Shown in pieces: positions 38,101-47,637 of a stretch of 50,613 nt of DNA. The first letter of the stretch is position 1; the number at the start of each line of letters is the position of its first letter. Source of the DNA: Fidelibacterota bacterium UBA2125 (GTDB lineage: Bacteria; Fidelibacterota; Marinisomatia; Marinisomatales; S15-B10); assembly GCA_002329125.1 (NCBI GenBank), contig DCXX01000150.1, forward strand, positions 1 through 50,613, in the 5' to 3' direction. Both the position numbers and the translations under genes were made by a program. A model generated the notes under the pieces. That model saw only the letters and a program-made list of their open reading frames with translations, made no database searches and had not been told where the DNA came from.

Positions 38101-38987
38101 TTCTTGGCGAAATAGAGGGCTTAGCTGATTTGGATCTCTCAGTTACCGGTAAGGATACCGTAACTATTGCGGGCGATATTGTGTCCAACGAAGCGGTTCT
38201 CAGGATGGAGTTTACAGGGGGAGAAGACTATGGCGAGATCCCGACCGAAGACGGCACTGTGTTTAATTATAGGATCAATTTCCCAATAGGCGACAAACTT
38301 TTCATTCAGAATAGCCAGATCGATGCCGAAGTGTCCGGCAACATGTCAATTCAAAAGCTGGGCAATGATCCTTACCGTTATGCTGGCGAGCTCGATGTGG
38401 TTGAAGGAAAATTCTACTATTACTCCGATGTATTCAACATTGAAGAAGGTCATCTCGCTTTTGATCCCACTGAACTGAACCCCAAACTTGATATCAGAGC
38501 TACCACGGATATTTCGGGCGAGCAAATTCTTGTCAGTTTAACGGGCGAACTTGATGATCCTGTTCTTGTGCTGGAACACAGCGAAAACTTCTTCAGCCAG
38601 GAGGATCTGCTCCAGCTCCTGACTCTTCAGAGGCGGTTTGATGATAATGTCACCGGGGAAATCGGCAGACAGTCTGCTTTTCTTTTCGGGAGGTTTCTTG
38701 AAAATGAACTGGAAAAGAACCTTGCTCGATCAAACCCTCTTTTCGATGAGTTCGAAATTGAGGGCTCCAGTACGCTAATCGATCCTACAGACGAATCAAA
38801 TCTTGCCGTGAAAGTTGGTACCCGTCTTACATCAAATCTCTCCCTAAGCTATAAGAGAAGTTTTTCTCTTGTGCAACCGAACCAGTTGGGTGTAGAGTAT
38901 CGTCTTAACCGAAACGTTTCTCTTATGGTGACGTACGATGAAGACGGTCAGGTCCACCTCAAATATCGGCGCAAGTACCGGTTCTAG
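35118..38987 (+). CDS. tamB: Translocation/assembly module TamB (AsmA-like, DUF490) protein
   Basis: N-terminal signal anchor, long beta-taco-like repeats, C-terminal DUF490-like NPKLDIRA...LTGELDDP...GVEYRL...YRF; adjacent Omp85 gene. Confidence 0.8.
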   Translation: MRKRKKALLILSLVLVLLSGSVIYIVLAPGRWTREIVQYVNQSLMLDSGWNLSIGNLEGQLISDIHLENIYLRNNDGSLVFFCETSALNFDISQIITGNWALSNLVLDNVLITLKEAEEEIDLDMKFMERLAYNGLRVKSLSVNQSSILVKEGLNEKLYSFEASGRLQPDGEAVSFHVSHAMVHDFQTDSQLDLESGKLRLGASQASASNISAVFNGYQISLDGDVQFSPKTDLAMELSIQNIDLTEFKSWQLPDIFDAQNADFHIEIKSDLTQVYVEARLDESATSTLIADIETHFEVDNGVYRLFDSEIDINEARFTGSGIWEEDSNLSLDLYVSDLDLSEFGLSAKKTNIQGTTKINLALSDANDLSGVTAKVALQNDNFGSAEFLAVSGRIDYSNGIVSFPDSLTINMGFGTLQAKGNVDLEREKTDLVFELQETSLPVFASFAGLEGSPDGVTYGTVELSGFIDDPSVKGNLTIRKASFRDIEISSLKSNFMINSIFKTRHGSLAAEAGNTIFGNVNVDGASLNLYFMGDTVLIANADVKSGDENLRLSGKIVEFQSLEVDQLQSSLQGQFVSSLEPFSVSRNNNQFKIGPVRLKINEGLLETKLAFNEGILEEGHFSAINIDLDGVSKLFNQPLPITGSAFSEFTASTSSEQLSFAGSFQIRDGIWESVAFDDLLFTAALEGDQVTLKEMQLRRGQDIVLDISGFYTVEVGTDQFLAAKSDGLLSFSSSFRELDLELLSPYFPGWWALEGEATGSFAMSGTSESSEIGFSFSVTDPRFSLIEAQQISATGRYINHRLYFEDLVGLTKTGEYTGEGYLPVDFEVVPKDEDRWIESDPIAMQFTLRTSSMDFLSPYFTEIDSITGDIEIALQIEGTPEKPVRNGSIDILDGKVYYTWLDIPIAGISGNAYLKDNMLIVDRLTATSNIPDDTNWGQDLRSNLAKVSGGRLFGGKKEKFRDNLRITGTMDMTHFFNPNLAFLVDGSDVYVRTLLGEIEGLADLDLSVTGKDTVTIAGDIVSNEAVLRMEFTGGEDYGEIPTEDGTVFNYRINFPIGDKLFIQNSQIDAEVSGNMSIQKLGNDPYRYAGELDVVEGKFYYYSDVFNIEEGHLAFDPTELNPKLDIRATTDISGEQILVSLTGELDDPVLVLEHSENFFSQEDLLQLLTLQRRFDDNVTGEIGRQSAFLFGRFLENELEKNLARSNPLFDEFEIEGSSTLIDPTDESNLAVKVGTRLTSNLSLSYKRSFSLVQPNQLGVEYRLNRNVSLMVTYDEDGQVHLKYRRKYRF

Positions 38988-38988
38988 A

Positions 38989-40848
38989 TTGATTCCCAAA
39001 ATCAGAACGCCTCTGGCGGCATTGGCACTTGCCGCTGTGACATTCGTTTCTCTTCACGGTCAAATCTCCACTGTAGAATATATTGTGAGGACTATCAAGT
39101 TTGAAGGGAATGAGACACTGTCAGCTAACGATCTGAAAGAAGTGCTCAAACTGAAAGAACCAATACTCTGGAATTCTATGGAGTTCAATCGCAGATCTCT
39201 GAAACTGGATGCTTTCAGCATAAGAAACTATTACATCTCACAAGGTTTTCTCGAAGTTGAAGTGGAGGAATTTTTCAAGACTCTAAATGATAACGGCGTC
39301 GATATTGTCTTTAAGATTCACGAAGGAGCAAGATCCATACTACGATCTGTTACTGTCCAGGGTAATCGCTCCATAGAAGAGAAACAGATTCTTCGGCTGT
39401 TGGATTTAAGGATAGGAAGACCGCTGAATCTCTCCGCCTTGAGCCGCAATTTTTCCGAGCTGGAATTCAAATATCACACACTAGGGAAACTCTTTTTCAA
39501 CATGGAACAAGTTTATGTTTCCGGAACGGATATTGACCTCACACTCCTCATTGAGGAAGGTCCCGAAGTGTACATTGATAAGATTCAGGTAGTGGGATTA
39601 GATAATGTGGACAGCACTTTTCTTCTGAGGGAGTTGGATTTCCGTTCCGGTGAATTATACAATGCTGAAATGGTCCGACTCTCTGAGCGGCAAATATTTG
39701 AAACCTCTCTCTTTTCTCTGGTAAATATTCTTCCCGAAAAGAGTGAACGGACAGGTAACTGGGTGAATGTAATAATTGAAGTTCGCGAGATGGAAAAGCG
39801 GAATTTGCTTATTGAACCTGGTTTTGCCCACATCCCATCCAGTAGTTCAGGCGGTGAGCCAATCTCCGGTATTGAGGGTACAGTTCGTCTTGTGGACAGA
39901 AGTGTCTACAACAGTGGCGTCAGGATGGGACTGAAAAGTTCAGTAGACTTCCCCATTGATGTGTTGATAAACCGTGGATCAGTCCCTGTAATTTTCCGAT
40001 CAGATCTCTCTTTCACCAATAACTGGTTCTTGAAGTTCAGAGCTCCCAATACATTGCGATTTTTTGTGGACCGCGCTCCTGAGCTTTTGCGTGTTGACGA
40101 GCCGATACTCAGGTACGGTACGGAATGGACAGGTCTCCACAGATTTTCTGAAGAGTCTGTCCTGAGAGGCGGATTGCGATGGACCCGCATCAAATCTGAT
40201 CGAATGACGGCGGAGCAGCAGCAAAAAGAGCAGCAACGCAGTTTGTCTTTGCGCTTCAGGCACCGTGACTTGGACAATCTCATCATACCGCAGGATGGGT
40301 GGTCTCTGACAGTTGATTCTGAGGTGGTAGGGTGGATTCTTGGAGGAACGCAGGATTATTACAAGGTGGACTTTGATTTTCGAAGATATCAACCTCTTTC
40401 GAAGGGACGTGTTTTTGCTTTTAGGGCAAAAATTGGCCGAATGGATCGTCTTTTCGATAAGGCTCCCTACATTCCATCTTATGATCTATTTTATCTTGGC
40501 GGAAGTACTAGTTTAAGAGGATGGACAGCGCAGCGTTATCTAACATCGAAAAGTGACGGTGTGGTACGTCCCGTAGGTAGCTTGATTAAGGTCCTTTTCA
40601 ACAGTGAATTAAGGATTCCCATCGGGGGTATTTTTGGTGTTGATCTGTTTGTGGATGGTGGCATTCTTGCAGTTTCTTTGAGTGAGCTAGCAAATCAGGT
40701 CGAGGCATGGAAAGAAGGTGCGGGGTGGAATTACGGTGCCGAACTAACAGTAAGCACACCGTTGGGCCCCATTCGACTCTATTATGCAATACCTTTTACC
40801 GAACCTGGAAAAGCAGTCATCAACCTTGGTGTCCCATACGCATTTTAA
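38989..40848 (+). CDS. Omp85 family outer-membrane protein (TamA/BamA-like, about 3 POTRA domains)
   Basis: Signal peptide, POTRA repeats (IKFEGNE, YYISQGF, VQGNR), FYLGGSTSLRGW, TPLGPIRL, C-terminal F. TTG 38989 preferred as start. Confidence 0.88.
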   Translation: MIPKIRTPLAALALAAVTFVSLHGQISTVEYIVRTIKFEGNETLSANDLKEVLKLKEPILWNSMEFNRRSLKLDAFSIRNYYISQGFLEVEVEEFFKTLNDNGVDIVFKIHEGARSILRSVTVQGNRSIEEKQILRLLDLRIGRPLNLSALSRNFSELEFKYHTLGKLFFNMEQVYVSGTDIDLTLLIEEGPEVYIDKIQVVGLDNVDSTFLLRELDFRSGELYNAEMVRLSERQIFETSLFSLVNILPEKSERTGNWVNVIIEVREMEKRNLLIEPGFAHIPSSSSGGEPISGIEGTVRLVDRSVYNSGVRMGLKSSVDFPIDVLINRGSVPVIFRSDLSFTNNWFLKFRAPNTLRFFVDRAPELLRVDEPILRYGTEWTGLHRFSEESVLRGGLRWTRIKSDRMTAEQQQKEQQRSLSLRFRHRDLDNLIIPQDGWSLTVDSEVVGWILGGTQDYYKVDFDFRRYQPLSKGRVFAFRAKIGRMDRLFDKAPYIPSYDLFYLGGSTSLRGWTAQRYLTSKSDGVVRPVGSLIKVLFNSELRIPIGGIFGVDLFVDGGILAVSLSELANQVEAWKEGAGWNYGAELTVSTPLGPIRLYYAIPFTEPGKAVINLGVPYAF

Positions 40849-40905
40849 CGATTGGAACTTTTTCAGAACCGCCTCGTATCTTCAAATAATTTTCCTTGGT
40901 TTCAG

Positions 40906-40937
40906 TTTGTGGAGATAAAAGTAAAAAGTTAAATTCC
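40906..40937 (+). promoter_or_regulatory. Putative -33/-7 promoter upstream of the TPR lipoprotein-moxR operon
   Basis: TTTG(40906)-N20-TAAATTCC(40930). Confidence 0.5.
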
Positions 40938-40951
40938 CCCTCTTTTTCACT

Positions 40952-41467
40952 ATGAGAACTGATACGAATAGAACTTTGAGAAGAGTATTTCTCACCTGCC
41001 TTTCGGTAGGGTTTCTTGTGGGCGGTTGTGCTAAAGAATCTCCTGCCGATCTTCTCTCACAAAGCAAAACCTTAATTCAGGAAAAAAAATATTCTGACGC
41101 AATTACCCTGTTGCGTCAGTTGATGGATAAGTATCCCGAAGCAGAGCAAGCTGCCGAAGGTCAATACATGCTTGGTGATACATACATTGCTTTCAACAAA
41201 AATTTCGAGCAAGCGCTAAATGAGTATCATGTAGTGGTTCAGAATTATCCAGAGACCCGCTTCGCCATCAATGCTCAATTTATGATAGGTTATGTACTTG
41301 CTAATTTTGTGGGTGACTACAAGCAGGCCAGGATGGAGTATGAACGATTTCTGGAGCTTTACTCTACTGAAGCTGATAGTGGCCTAGTTCAATCCGTGAA
41401 GTTTGAGCTTGAGAATTTGGGAAGAGATTTAAACGAAATTCCTCAGCTCAAACATATTTCCTCATAA
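40952..41467 (+). CDS. TPR lipoprotein (BamD/CpoB-like repeats)
   Basis: Lipobox LVGGC; TPR repeats with YP...A..AQ(Y/F)M(L/I)G patterns. Confidence 0.8.
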   Translation: MRTDTNRTLRRVFLTCLSVGFLVGGCAKESPADLLSQSKTLIQEKKYSDAITLLRQLMDKYPEAEQAAEGQYMLGDTYIAFNKNFEQALNEYHVVVQNYPETRFAINAQFMIGYVLANFVGDYKQARMEYERFLELYSTEADSGLVQSVKFELENLGRDLNEIPQLKHISS

Positions 41468-41486
41468 CTTTTTTCAAGAATCAACC

Positions 41487-42482
41487 ATGACCGATTTTAG
41501 CCTAACAGAACTCAACGATAAGATATCTAAAGAATCAGCTTTTGTGAAGCCGCTCATGGATGAGATCGGTAAGGTCATAGTCGGACAAAATGAAGTCGTT
41601 ACAAAAATTCTCATTGGTCTATTGTCAAATGGACACATCCTCCTGGAAGGTGTGCCGGGACTGGCGAAAACAACCATTGTGAAGACAGTGGCACAGCTCA
41701 TTGACACCAAATTTCAAAGGATCCAGTTTACGCCTGATATGCTCCCCGCTGATCTGATTGGCACCTTGATTTATAATCAGAAAACAGGAGGTTTCGAAAC
41801 AAAACAGGGTCCTATTTTTGCCAATATTATTCTCGCTGACGAGATCAATCGGTCCCCGGCGAAAGTGCAAAGTGCACTTCTTGAGGCAATGCAGGAACGG
41901 CAGATCACTATTGGAGAAAAGACTTTTCTTCTGGATGATCCGTTCCTTGTTTTTGCTACTCAAAATCCCATTGAACAAGAGGGTACATATCCGCTCCCTG
42001 AAGCACAGGTAGACAGATTCATGATGAAACTCAAAGTTGATTATCCCTCAAAAGATGAGGAGCTGGAAATTCTACGAAAAATGGCTGTGATAAACGGGGA
42101 AACTGAACTAACGCCTGTTGTTCATCCGTCAGCCATAAAAGAGGCAAGACAGGTGGTTAGTGACATTTATGTGGATGAAAAGATAGAAAAGTATGTGGTG
42201 GATCTAATCTTGGCAACAAGGGATCCGAACGACTATGAGTTGGGTGAAATTGCAGACTTAATAGCTTATGGCGGTTCACCTCGCGCAACGATTTTTCTCG
42301 TTTTGGCATCCCGTGCACGAGCATTTCTCGAAGGCCGGGGTTACGTGGTGCCGGAAGACGTAAGGTATGTCGGTTTCGACATTTTGCGTCACAGAATCAT
42401 ACCGACTTACGAAGCAGAAGCCGAAGAAGTCTCCTCAGAGGATCTGATACAACGACTCTTTGATACCATTGAAGTGCCGTAA
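41487..42482 (+). CDS. moxR: MoxR family AAA+ ATPase
   Basis: GHILLEGVPGLAKT, RIQFTPDMLPAD, ADEINR, ATQNPIEQEGTYPLPEAQVDRF, GSPRA. Confidence 0.95.
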   Translation: MTDFSLTELNDKISKESAFVKPLMDEIGKVIVGQNEVVTKILIGLLSNGHILLEGVPGLAKTTIVKTVAQLIDTKFQRIQFTPDMLPADLIGTLIYNQKTGGFETKQGPIFANIILADEINRSPAKVQSALLEAMQERQITIGEKTFLLDDPFLVFATQNPIEQEGTYPLPEAQVDRFMMKLKVDYPSKDEELEILRKMAVINGETELTPVVHPSAIKEARQVVSDIYVDEKIEKYVVDLILATRDPNDYELGEIADLIAYGGSPRATIFLVLASRARAFLEGRGYVVPEDVRYVGFDILRHRIIPTYEAEAEEVSSEDLIQRLFDTIEVP

Positions 42483-42491
42483 TTCAGAAGT

Positions 42492-43367
42492 ATGATTCCC
42501 AAAGAAATCCTAAAAAAAGTTCGACACATAGAGATTCGGACCCGGAACCTAGTCAACGATCTATTCGGTGGCGAATATCACAGTGTTTTCAAAGGTCGAG
42601 GCATGACCTTTTCAGAGGTTCGAGAATACCAGCCGGGAGATGATATCCGTCTTATTGACTGGAACGTCACGGCCCGCTATAACGCTCCTTTTGTGAAAGT
42701 TTTTGAAGAAGAGCGAGAGCTTACCGTTTTAATTGTTTACGATGCCAGCCGCTCAGGACATTTTGGAACACGATCGCAATTCAAGTCTGAAATGGCGGCA
42801 GAGATTGGTGCTGTCCTCGGTTTTTCCGCCATCAAAAATAATGACAAAGTGGGGCTTCTGATTTTCACGGAAGACATAGAGCGTTTTATCCCGCCTAAAA
42901 AAGGATCTTCCCATGTGCTACGTGTTGTGAGGGAACTGATCTATCATGAACCCCAGGCAAGGGGAACAAATATAGAGGCAGCCATGAGCTATCTCTTGAG
43001 AGTAACGAATCGCCGGAGTGTCGTTTTCCTCATCTCAGATTTTATGGACAGCAAGTTTGACCAGACTTTGAAAGTTGCGAATCAGAAACACGATATGGTG
43101 GGTATACAGATTTACGATCCCAGCGAACAGGATGTTCCTGACGTAGGGCTTGTTAAGGTGCACGATGCAGAAACTGAGGAAACATTCTGGCTGGACTCCA
43201 CATCCTCCCGGGCACGCAAGGAATACCGTGACATGGTCAAGCAAAAGGATATCGAATTCCAGAATAAGTGCCGAAAGATGAACTTCGATCTCATACCCAT
43301 CTCCACAGAGGCAGATTATGTGGAGCCTCTCATGGCTTACTTTCGTTCTAGGGAGAGAAGATTTTGA
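42492..43367 (+). CDS. DUF58 domain protein (vWA-like MoxR partner)
   Basis: GEYHSVFKGRGMTFSEVREYQPGDDIRLIDWNVTAR, EEERE, ISDF. Confidence 0.93.
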   Translation: MIPKEILKKVRHIEIRTRNLVNDLFGGEYHSVFKGRGMTFSEVREYQPGDDIRLIDWNVTARYNAPFVKVFEEERELTVLIVYDASRSGHFGTRSQFKSEMAAEIGAVLGFSAIKNNDKVGLLIFTEDIERFIPPKKGSSHVLRVVRELIYHEPQARGTNIEAAMSYLLRVTNRRSVVFLISDFMDSKFDQTLKVANQKHDMVGIQIYDPSEQDVPDVGLVKVHDAETEETFWLDSTSSRARKEYRDMVKQKDIEFQNKCRKMNFDLIPISTEADYVEPLMAYFRSRERRF

Positions 43368-44338
43368 TAAAGAACACCCGATTCGCTGCCGTTGCGCTAA
43401 TTATTGCAGTCGTGCTTATGGGATGTGGCGAGGGGAAAATAGCCTCCAAGTCCTTCCATGTATATAGCAACCTGGACACAGCAGACGTAGCCATTGGAGA
43501 TATAGCCCGCTTTCAGGTGTGGGCTATGGGGTCCGGTGAAAGAAATATTGAATTTCCGCGGCTTGAAGTGGATAATGCCAATATATTAGTGGGTGAAGGC
43601 CAAAATCTTACCGCAAAAAACGAAGGGGATAAGGGCATTGAATTTCAGTTGACCTTCTGGGATACGGGCGCATACGATATTCCACCTTACGTAGTTCAGA
43701 TTCTTACCGAAGATGGAAAAGAAGTTGATTATGCAATTCCCACCGACCCTGTCACTGTAACAGTCCATTCACTTATTTCAGAAGCACAGCCTACACTACG
43801 TGATATTAAACCGCCGGTGCCCATACCTACCATCGTTCCCTGGAAGATCATCCTTTCTCTACTGGGTATTGGGCTGTCTATGGCGATCCTGTTTTGGATG
43901 TGGCGGAAACGTGTCAAAGAAGAGCAGGTAGAAAAGGAGGAAGTTTTTATTCCTTCTCGGCCTCCTTATGAAATCGCTATGGAAAAACTGGACCAACTCA
44001 AACAACAGACCCCCACAGGTCCCGATCAGATCAAAAATTTCTATGCTGTTCTTTCTTATCTGGTCCGCGAGTATCTGGAATTCCAGTATTTTGTTAGGGC
44101 TATTGAAATGACAACTTCCGAGATCGAGGACGCCCGTTATCTTGTTCCTACGGATCAGGAGAAGCTTCACGATGTAATCACGGTCTTGAAAAGAGCAGAC
44201 CTTGCAAAATTCGCCCGCTTTCAACCGAATTTGAGTCAATCCAAAGAAGATTTGAAAATGATTGAGGATTTCCTCAAGTCCACCAGACTATCGTGGACAA
44301 CTGTAAAAAATGGTGTTAAACTGATGGAGGTTGTATGA
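43364..44338 (+). CDS. Bat-operon-associated membrane (lipo)protein, BatD/DUF4381-like
   Basis: Lipobox LMGC, Ig-like domain, LRDIKPP, one TM, PYEIA...ADLAKFA; occupies the usual position after moxR-DUF58. Confidence 0.7.
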   Translation: MIKNTRFAAVALIIAVVLMGCGEGKIASKSFHVYSNLDTADVAIGDIARFQVWAMGSGERNIEFPRLEVDNANILVGEGQNLTAKNEGDKGIEFQLTFWDTGAYDIPPYVVQILTEDGKEVDYAIPTDPVTVTVHSLISEAQPTLRDIKPPVPIPTIVPWKIILSLLGIGLSMAILFWMWRKRVKEEQVEKEEVFIPSRPPYEIAMEKLDQLKQQTPTGPDQIKNFYAVLSYLVREYLEFQYFVRAIEMTTSEIEDARYLVPTDQEKLHDVITVLKRADLAKFARFQPNLSQSKEDLKMIEDFLKSTRLSWTTVKNGVKLMEVV

Positions 44339-45282
44339 TTGAGATCAGAAATCTGACAAAGCGCTACGGCTCTTTTCTGGCTGTGGATGATATCACCTTT
44401 GAAGTGGAAAAGGGAAAGATCCTCGGCTTTCTGGGACCTAACGGTGCCGGTAAAACAACCACCATGCGTATTGTTACCGGTTTCATGCCGCCCACAAAAG
44501 GGACGGCGATTGTGTCGGGATTCGATGTTGTGGAAAATCCTCTCGACGTTAAAAGACGGATTGGCTATATGCCTGAAACGCCGCCTCTCTACGTTGATAT
44601 GACTGTAGAAGAATACCTTAACTTTGCAGCTCGGTTAAAGCAGATTCCTGCGAAAGAGGTCAAAGGTGCCATGGAATTGGCTTGCGCAAAAGTAGATCTC
44701 AATAACGTGCTAGGTAAAGTGATTAAGGCTTTGTCAAAGGGTTATAAGCAGCGGGTGGGACTTGCGCAGGCTATCATCCACGATCCCGAAGTGCTCATCC
44801 TTGATGAGCCGACCATCGGTCTGGATCCTATCCAGATTCGAGAAGTAAGAGAACTTATCAGATCTCTTGCAGGAGAGCATACCATCATCCTTTCCACACA
44901 CATTTTGCCTGAAGTCGATATGATTTGCGATGAAGTGGTGATTATACAGAATGGTAAGATTATTGCGAAAGATACCCCGGACGGTCTTTCAAAATCCATG
45001 AAGGGTGCAGAAAGATTGACCGTTGTTGTAGAAGGTCCTACCGAGGAAGTTTCTTCGGTAGCCTCCGCCACTGAAGGCGTCAATTCAATTCTTGAATCAA
45101 CGGCAGAAAATGGTCACTGTTCACTGGTTTTGGAGTGTGATTTCAAATTTCATGTAAGAAAATCACTATCGAATGTTTTTTCAAAGAAAGGGTGGAGTTT
45201 GCTGGAAATGAAAGTTAAAGAGTCGACACTAGAGGATGTGTTCATCCATATGATGTCCAGTTCTGAGGAGGAGGAAGCATGA
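44335..45282 (+). CDS. ABC-2 type ATPase, GldA-like
   Basis: GPNGAGKTTTMR, LSKGYKQRVGLAQA, LDEPTIGLDP, STHIL. Confidence 0.9.
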   Translation: MIEIRNLTKRYGSFLAVDDITFEVEKGKILGFLGPNGAGKTTTMRIVTGFMPPTKGTAIVSGFDVVENPLDVKRRIGYMPETPPLYVDMTVEEYLNFAARLKQIPAKEVKGAMELACAKVDLNNVLGKVIKALSKGYKQRVGLAQAIIHDPEVLILDEPTIGLDPIQIREVRELIRSLAGEHTIILSTHILPEVDMICDEVVIIQNGKIIAKDTPDGLSKSMKGAERLTVVVEGPTEEVSSVASATEGVNSILESTAENGHCSLVLECDFKFHVRKSLSNVFSKKGWSLLEMKVKESTLEDVFIHMMSSSEEEEA

Positions 45283-46061
45283 AAAATGTAATCACCATAT
45301 TCAACAGAGAATTCCGGTCCTACTTTTCTTCGCCCATTGCTTATGTGGTCATAGGCCTGTTTCTGGTTCTTACGGGTGTATTCTTTTATTTGCTGATGTC
45401 CTCGTTCCTTCAGTACTCGGCAAACCTTCAGTGGCAGGCGGCGAGAATGCGCCAGCCTGCGCCTCCGGTGAATGTGAACCATATGATTATCCGGCCTCTT
45501 TTTTCAAACATCAGTGTCATTACGCTCTTTGTGGTGCCCATGATCACCATGAGAAGTTTTTCTGATGACAAAAAGACAGGAACACTGGAACTTCTGTTAA
45601 CATCACCAGTAACCACGGCTCAAATTGTTGCTGGGAAGTTCCTTGCTGCCTTTTCCCTTTATGTCATCATGGCTCTGTTAACATGGGTTTATCCGCTTGT
45701 GATTGTCTTCTTTGGTGATCCCGATGTGATGCCTGTTGCTATTTCGTACATCGGCATCCTTGGTATGGGGGCTGCGTCGGTGGGTATCGGCGTATGGATT
45801 TCATCCATGACTGAAAACCAGATCATTTCAGCTATGGGGACGTTTGTGGTGCTGCTTTTCCTCTGGCTTGTGGGGTGGTTTGCCAATTTTTCTTCGGGAG
45901 CAATAGGAGGCTTTTTCCAATATCTTTCCATTGTTGAACATTTTGACGATTTTGCTAAAGGAATCTTCGATACGGGGCATCTCATGTATTACCTCTCTCT
46001 TTGCGGTATTACTTTGTTCCTTGCACATCAATCCATTGAAAGCTTGAGGTGGAGGTCGTAA
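45279..46061 (+). CDS. ABC-2 permease, GldF-like
   Basis: REFRSYFSSPIAY, TMRSFSDDKKTGTLELLLTSP, TENQI, HFDDFAKG. Confidence 0.88.
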   Translation: MKNVITIFNREFRSYFSSPIAYVVIGLFLVLTGVFFYLLMSSFLQYSANLQWQAARMRQPAPPVNVNHMIIRPLFSNISVITLFVVPMITMRSFSDDKKTGTLELLLTSPVTTAQIVAGKFLAAFSLYVIMALLTWVYPLVIVFFGDPDVMPVAISYIGILGMGAASVGIGVWISSMTENQIISAMGTFVVLLFLWLVGWFANFSSGAIGGFFQYLSIVEHFDDFAKGIFDTGHLMYYLSLCGITLFLAHQSIESLRWRS

Positions 46062-47623
46062 TGAAAGCTTTGAAACTTTGGCGTGGAGCAACTTTTGACG
46101 GACTGGGAATTTTGTTCTTGGGATGGCTTTATGGTGTATCTATTGTGAAGTTTGACTGGGTCGCGTGGAGCCTTATTGTTTTGGGTGGAGTTTTACTCCT
46201 GTTCCCTTTAGCTACCAACTACCAGAAAGTATTTAACACCATAAAATCTCGCCGAACCCAAATTGGTGCAAATGCACTTGTTATCATTGTTTTGGTTCTA
46301 TTGATAGTAGGTTTGCTTGACTACCTAACAATCCGTCATTCCTGGCGGGTGGATACCACCTCACAGCGGGAATTTTCTCTCTCGGAACAGACTGTCAGCA
46401 TACTCCGGAATCTGGATAGAGAAGTGACACTGGCGGCATTTGTTAGTGATTCGGAAATGCGCCAAATGGAAGACAGAATGATTGAGTACACCCATTACTC
46501 AGGAAAGTTTAATTATGAGATAATTGATCCGATCAAGGAGCCGGAACGGGTAAGAGAATTCTTCGGCCCCGATAAACAGTATCTTGATCTCCCAACGGTA
46601 GTATTGAAAACGGAGCTCAAAGATGAAGAAATTAACAGTACAGGAGAGGAAGAGATTACAAATGCACTTATTAAGGTGACCAGAGATGAGAGCCGGAAGG
46701 TCTACTTTGTCCAGGGGCACGGTGAAAAGACCATTTTTCCCGATGAGCCAGGAATGGCCAGTGCACAGTTTGTGAAGGATGAACTGGAGAAACAGCATTT
46801 TCAAGTGGATGCTCTGAATCTTTTTCAGGAAAATAGTGTTCCGGAGGATGCCGATGTTTTAGTCGTGGCCGGACCTGTGAAGATGCTGGCCTCCAATGAA
46901 GTAGAAGCACTAAGTAATTTTCTTTCCAGTGGGGGGAACGTTCTTGCTATGCTGGATCCTGAAATAGAAAGTGGCCTCGAAGAGTTGATTAATGAGTGGA
47001 ATGTAAAGCTAAATAGAGATTTGGTACTTGAGTCTCATTCGAGTTTTGTTCTTACCTCATCCGGTTTGAACCGGCAGAGTAGTGTAAGTGCTGCACCTTC
47101 AGCCGCTGAGTATGGTGATCATATGATCACGAAGAATTTTCGTTTTGCAACTACCTTTGTTCAGTCCCAGTCTCTGAGCGTCGTTGATGAGGAAGATTCT
47201 GATACTGAAGTAACAGACCTTGTCTATACTAGTTCTAACAGTTGGGGTGAAATGGATTTGAAACGATTGTACGAAGAAAAGCAGGCGGAACAGGATGAAG
47301 GGGATTCAGAAGGACCTACGACCTTGGCAATGGCAGTGGAAAAGGATGACTCAGTCAAAACTCGTTTGGTCGTTGTGGGTGATTCTGATTTTGCTTCGGA
47401 TGTTTATGTAGGGCAGGCACCAGGGAATATGGACTTTTTTCTTAATATTGTGAGTTGGCTCTCTGAAGAAGAGGACCTGATCTCTGTGCGTCCCAAAGAA
47501 CCTGAAAACAGATCTCTCACCATGACCATGCGTCAACAGAAGCTGACCCTCTTTTTTCTCATTATTCTACTACCCATTGTGGCTGTAAGAATGGGAATCC
47601 ACATATATATAAAACGTTCTTGA
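46061..47623 (+). CDS. GldG-like ABC auxiliary protein (ABC_transp_aux)
   Basis: N-terminal TMs, DTT....SLSEQT, VYFVQGHGE, LVVAGP, RLVVVGDSDF, N.DFFLNIVSWL, C-terminal TM. Confidence 0.88.
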   Translation: MKALKLWRGATFDGLGILFLGWLYGVSIVKFDWVAWSLIVLGGVLLLFPLATNYQKVFNTIKSRRTQIGANALVIIVLVLLIVGLLDYLTIRHSWRVDTTSQREFSLSEQTVSILRNLDREVTLAAFVSDSEMRQMEDRMIEYTHYSGKFNYEIIDPIKEPERVREFFGPDKQYLDLPTVVLKTELKDEEINSTGEEEITNALIKVTRDESRKVYFVQGHGEKTIFPDEPGMASAQFVKDELEKQHFQVDALNLFQENSVPEDADVLVVAGPVKMLASNEVEALSNFLSSGGNVLAMLDPEIESGLEELINEWNVKLNRDLVLESHSSFVLTSSGLNRQSSVSAAPSAAEYGDHMITKNFRFATTFVQSQSLSVVDEEDSDTEVTDLVYTSSNSWGEMDLKRLYEEKQAEQDEGDSEGPTTLAMAVEKDDSVKTRLVVVGDSDFASDVYVGQAPGNMDFFLNIVSWLSEEEDLISVRPKEPENRSLTMTMRQQKLTLFFLIILLPIVAVRMGIHIYIKRS

Positions 47624-47637
47624 GGCTCTAGGGTCGG

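Noticed and set aside
44335-47623. Gliding motility inferred from gldA/F/G-like genes
   Set aside because: Homologs are widespread in non-gliding bacteria, and no gldK-N or spr genes are in the window.
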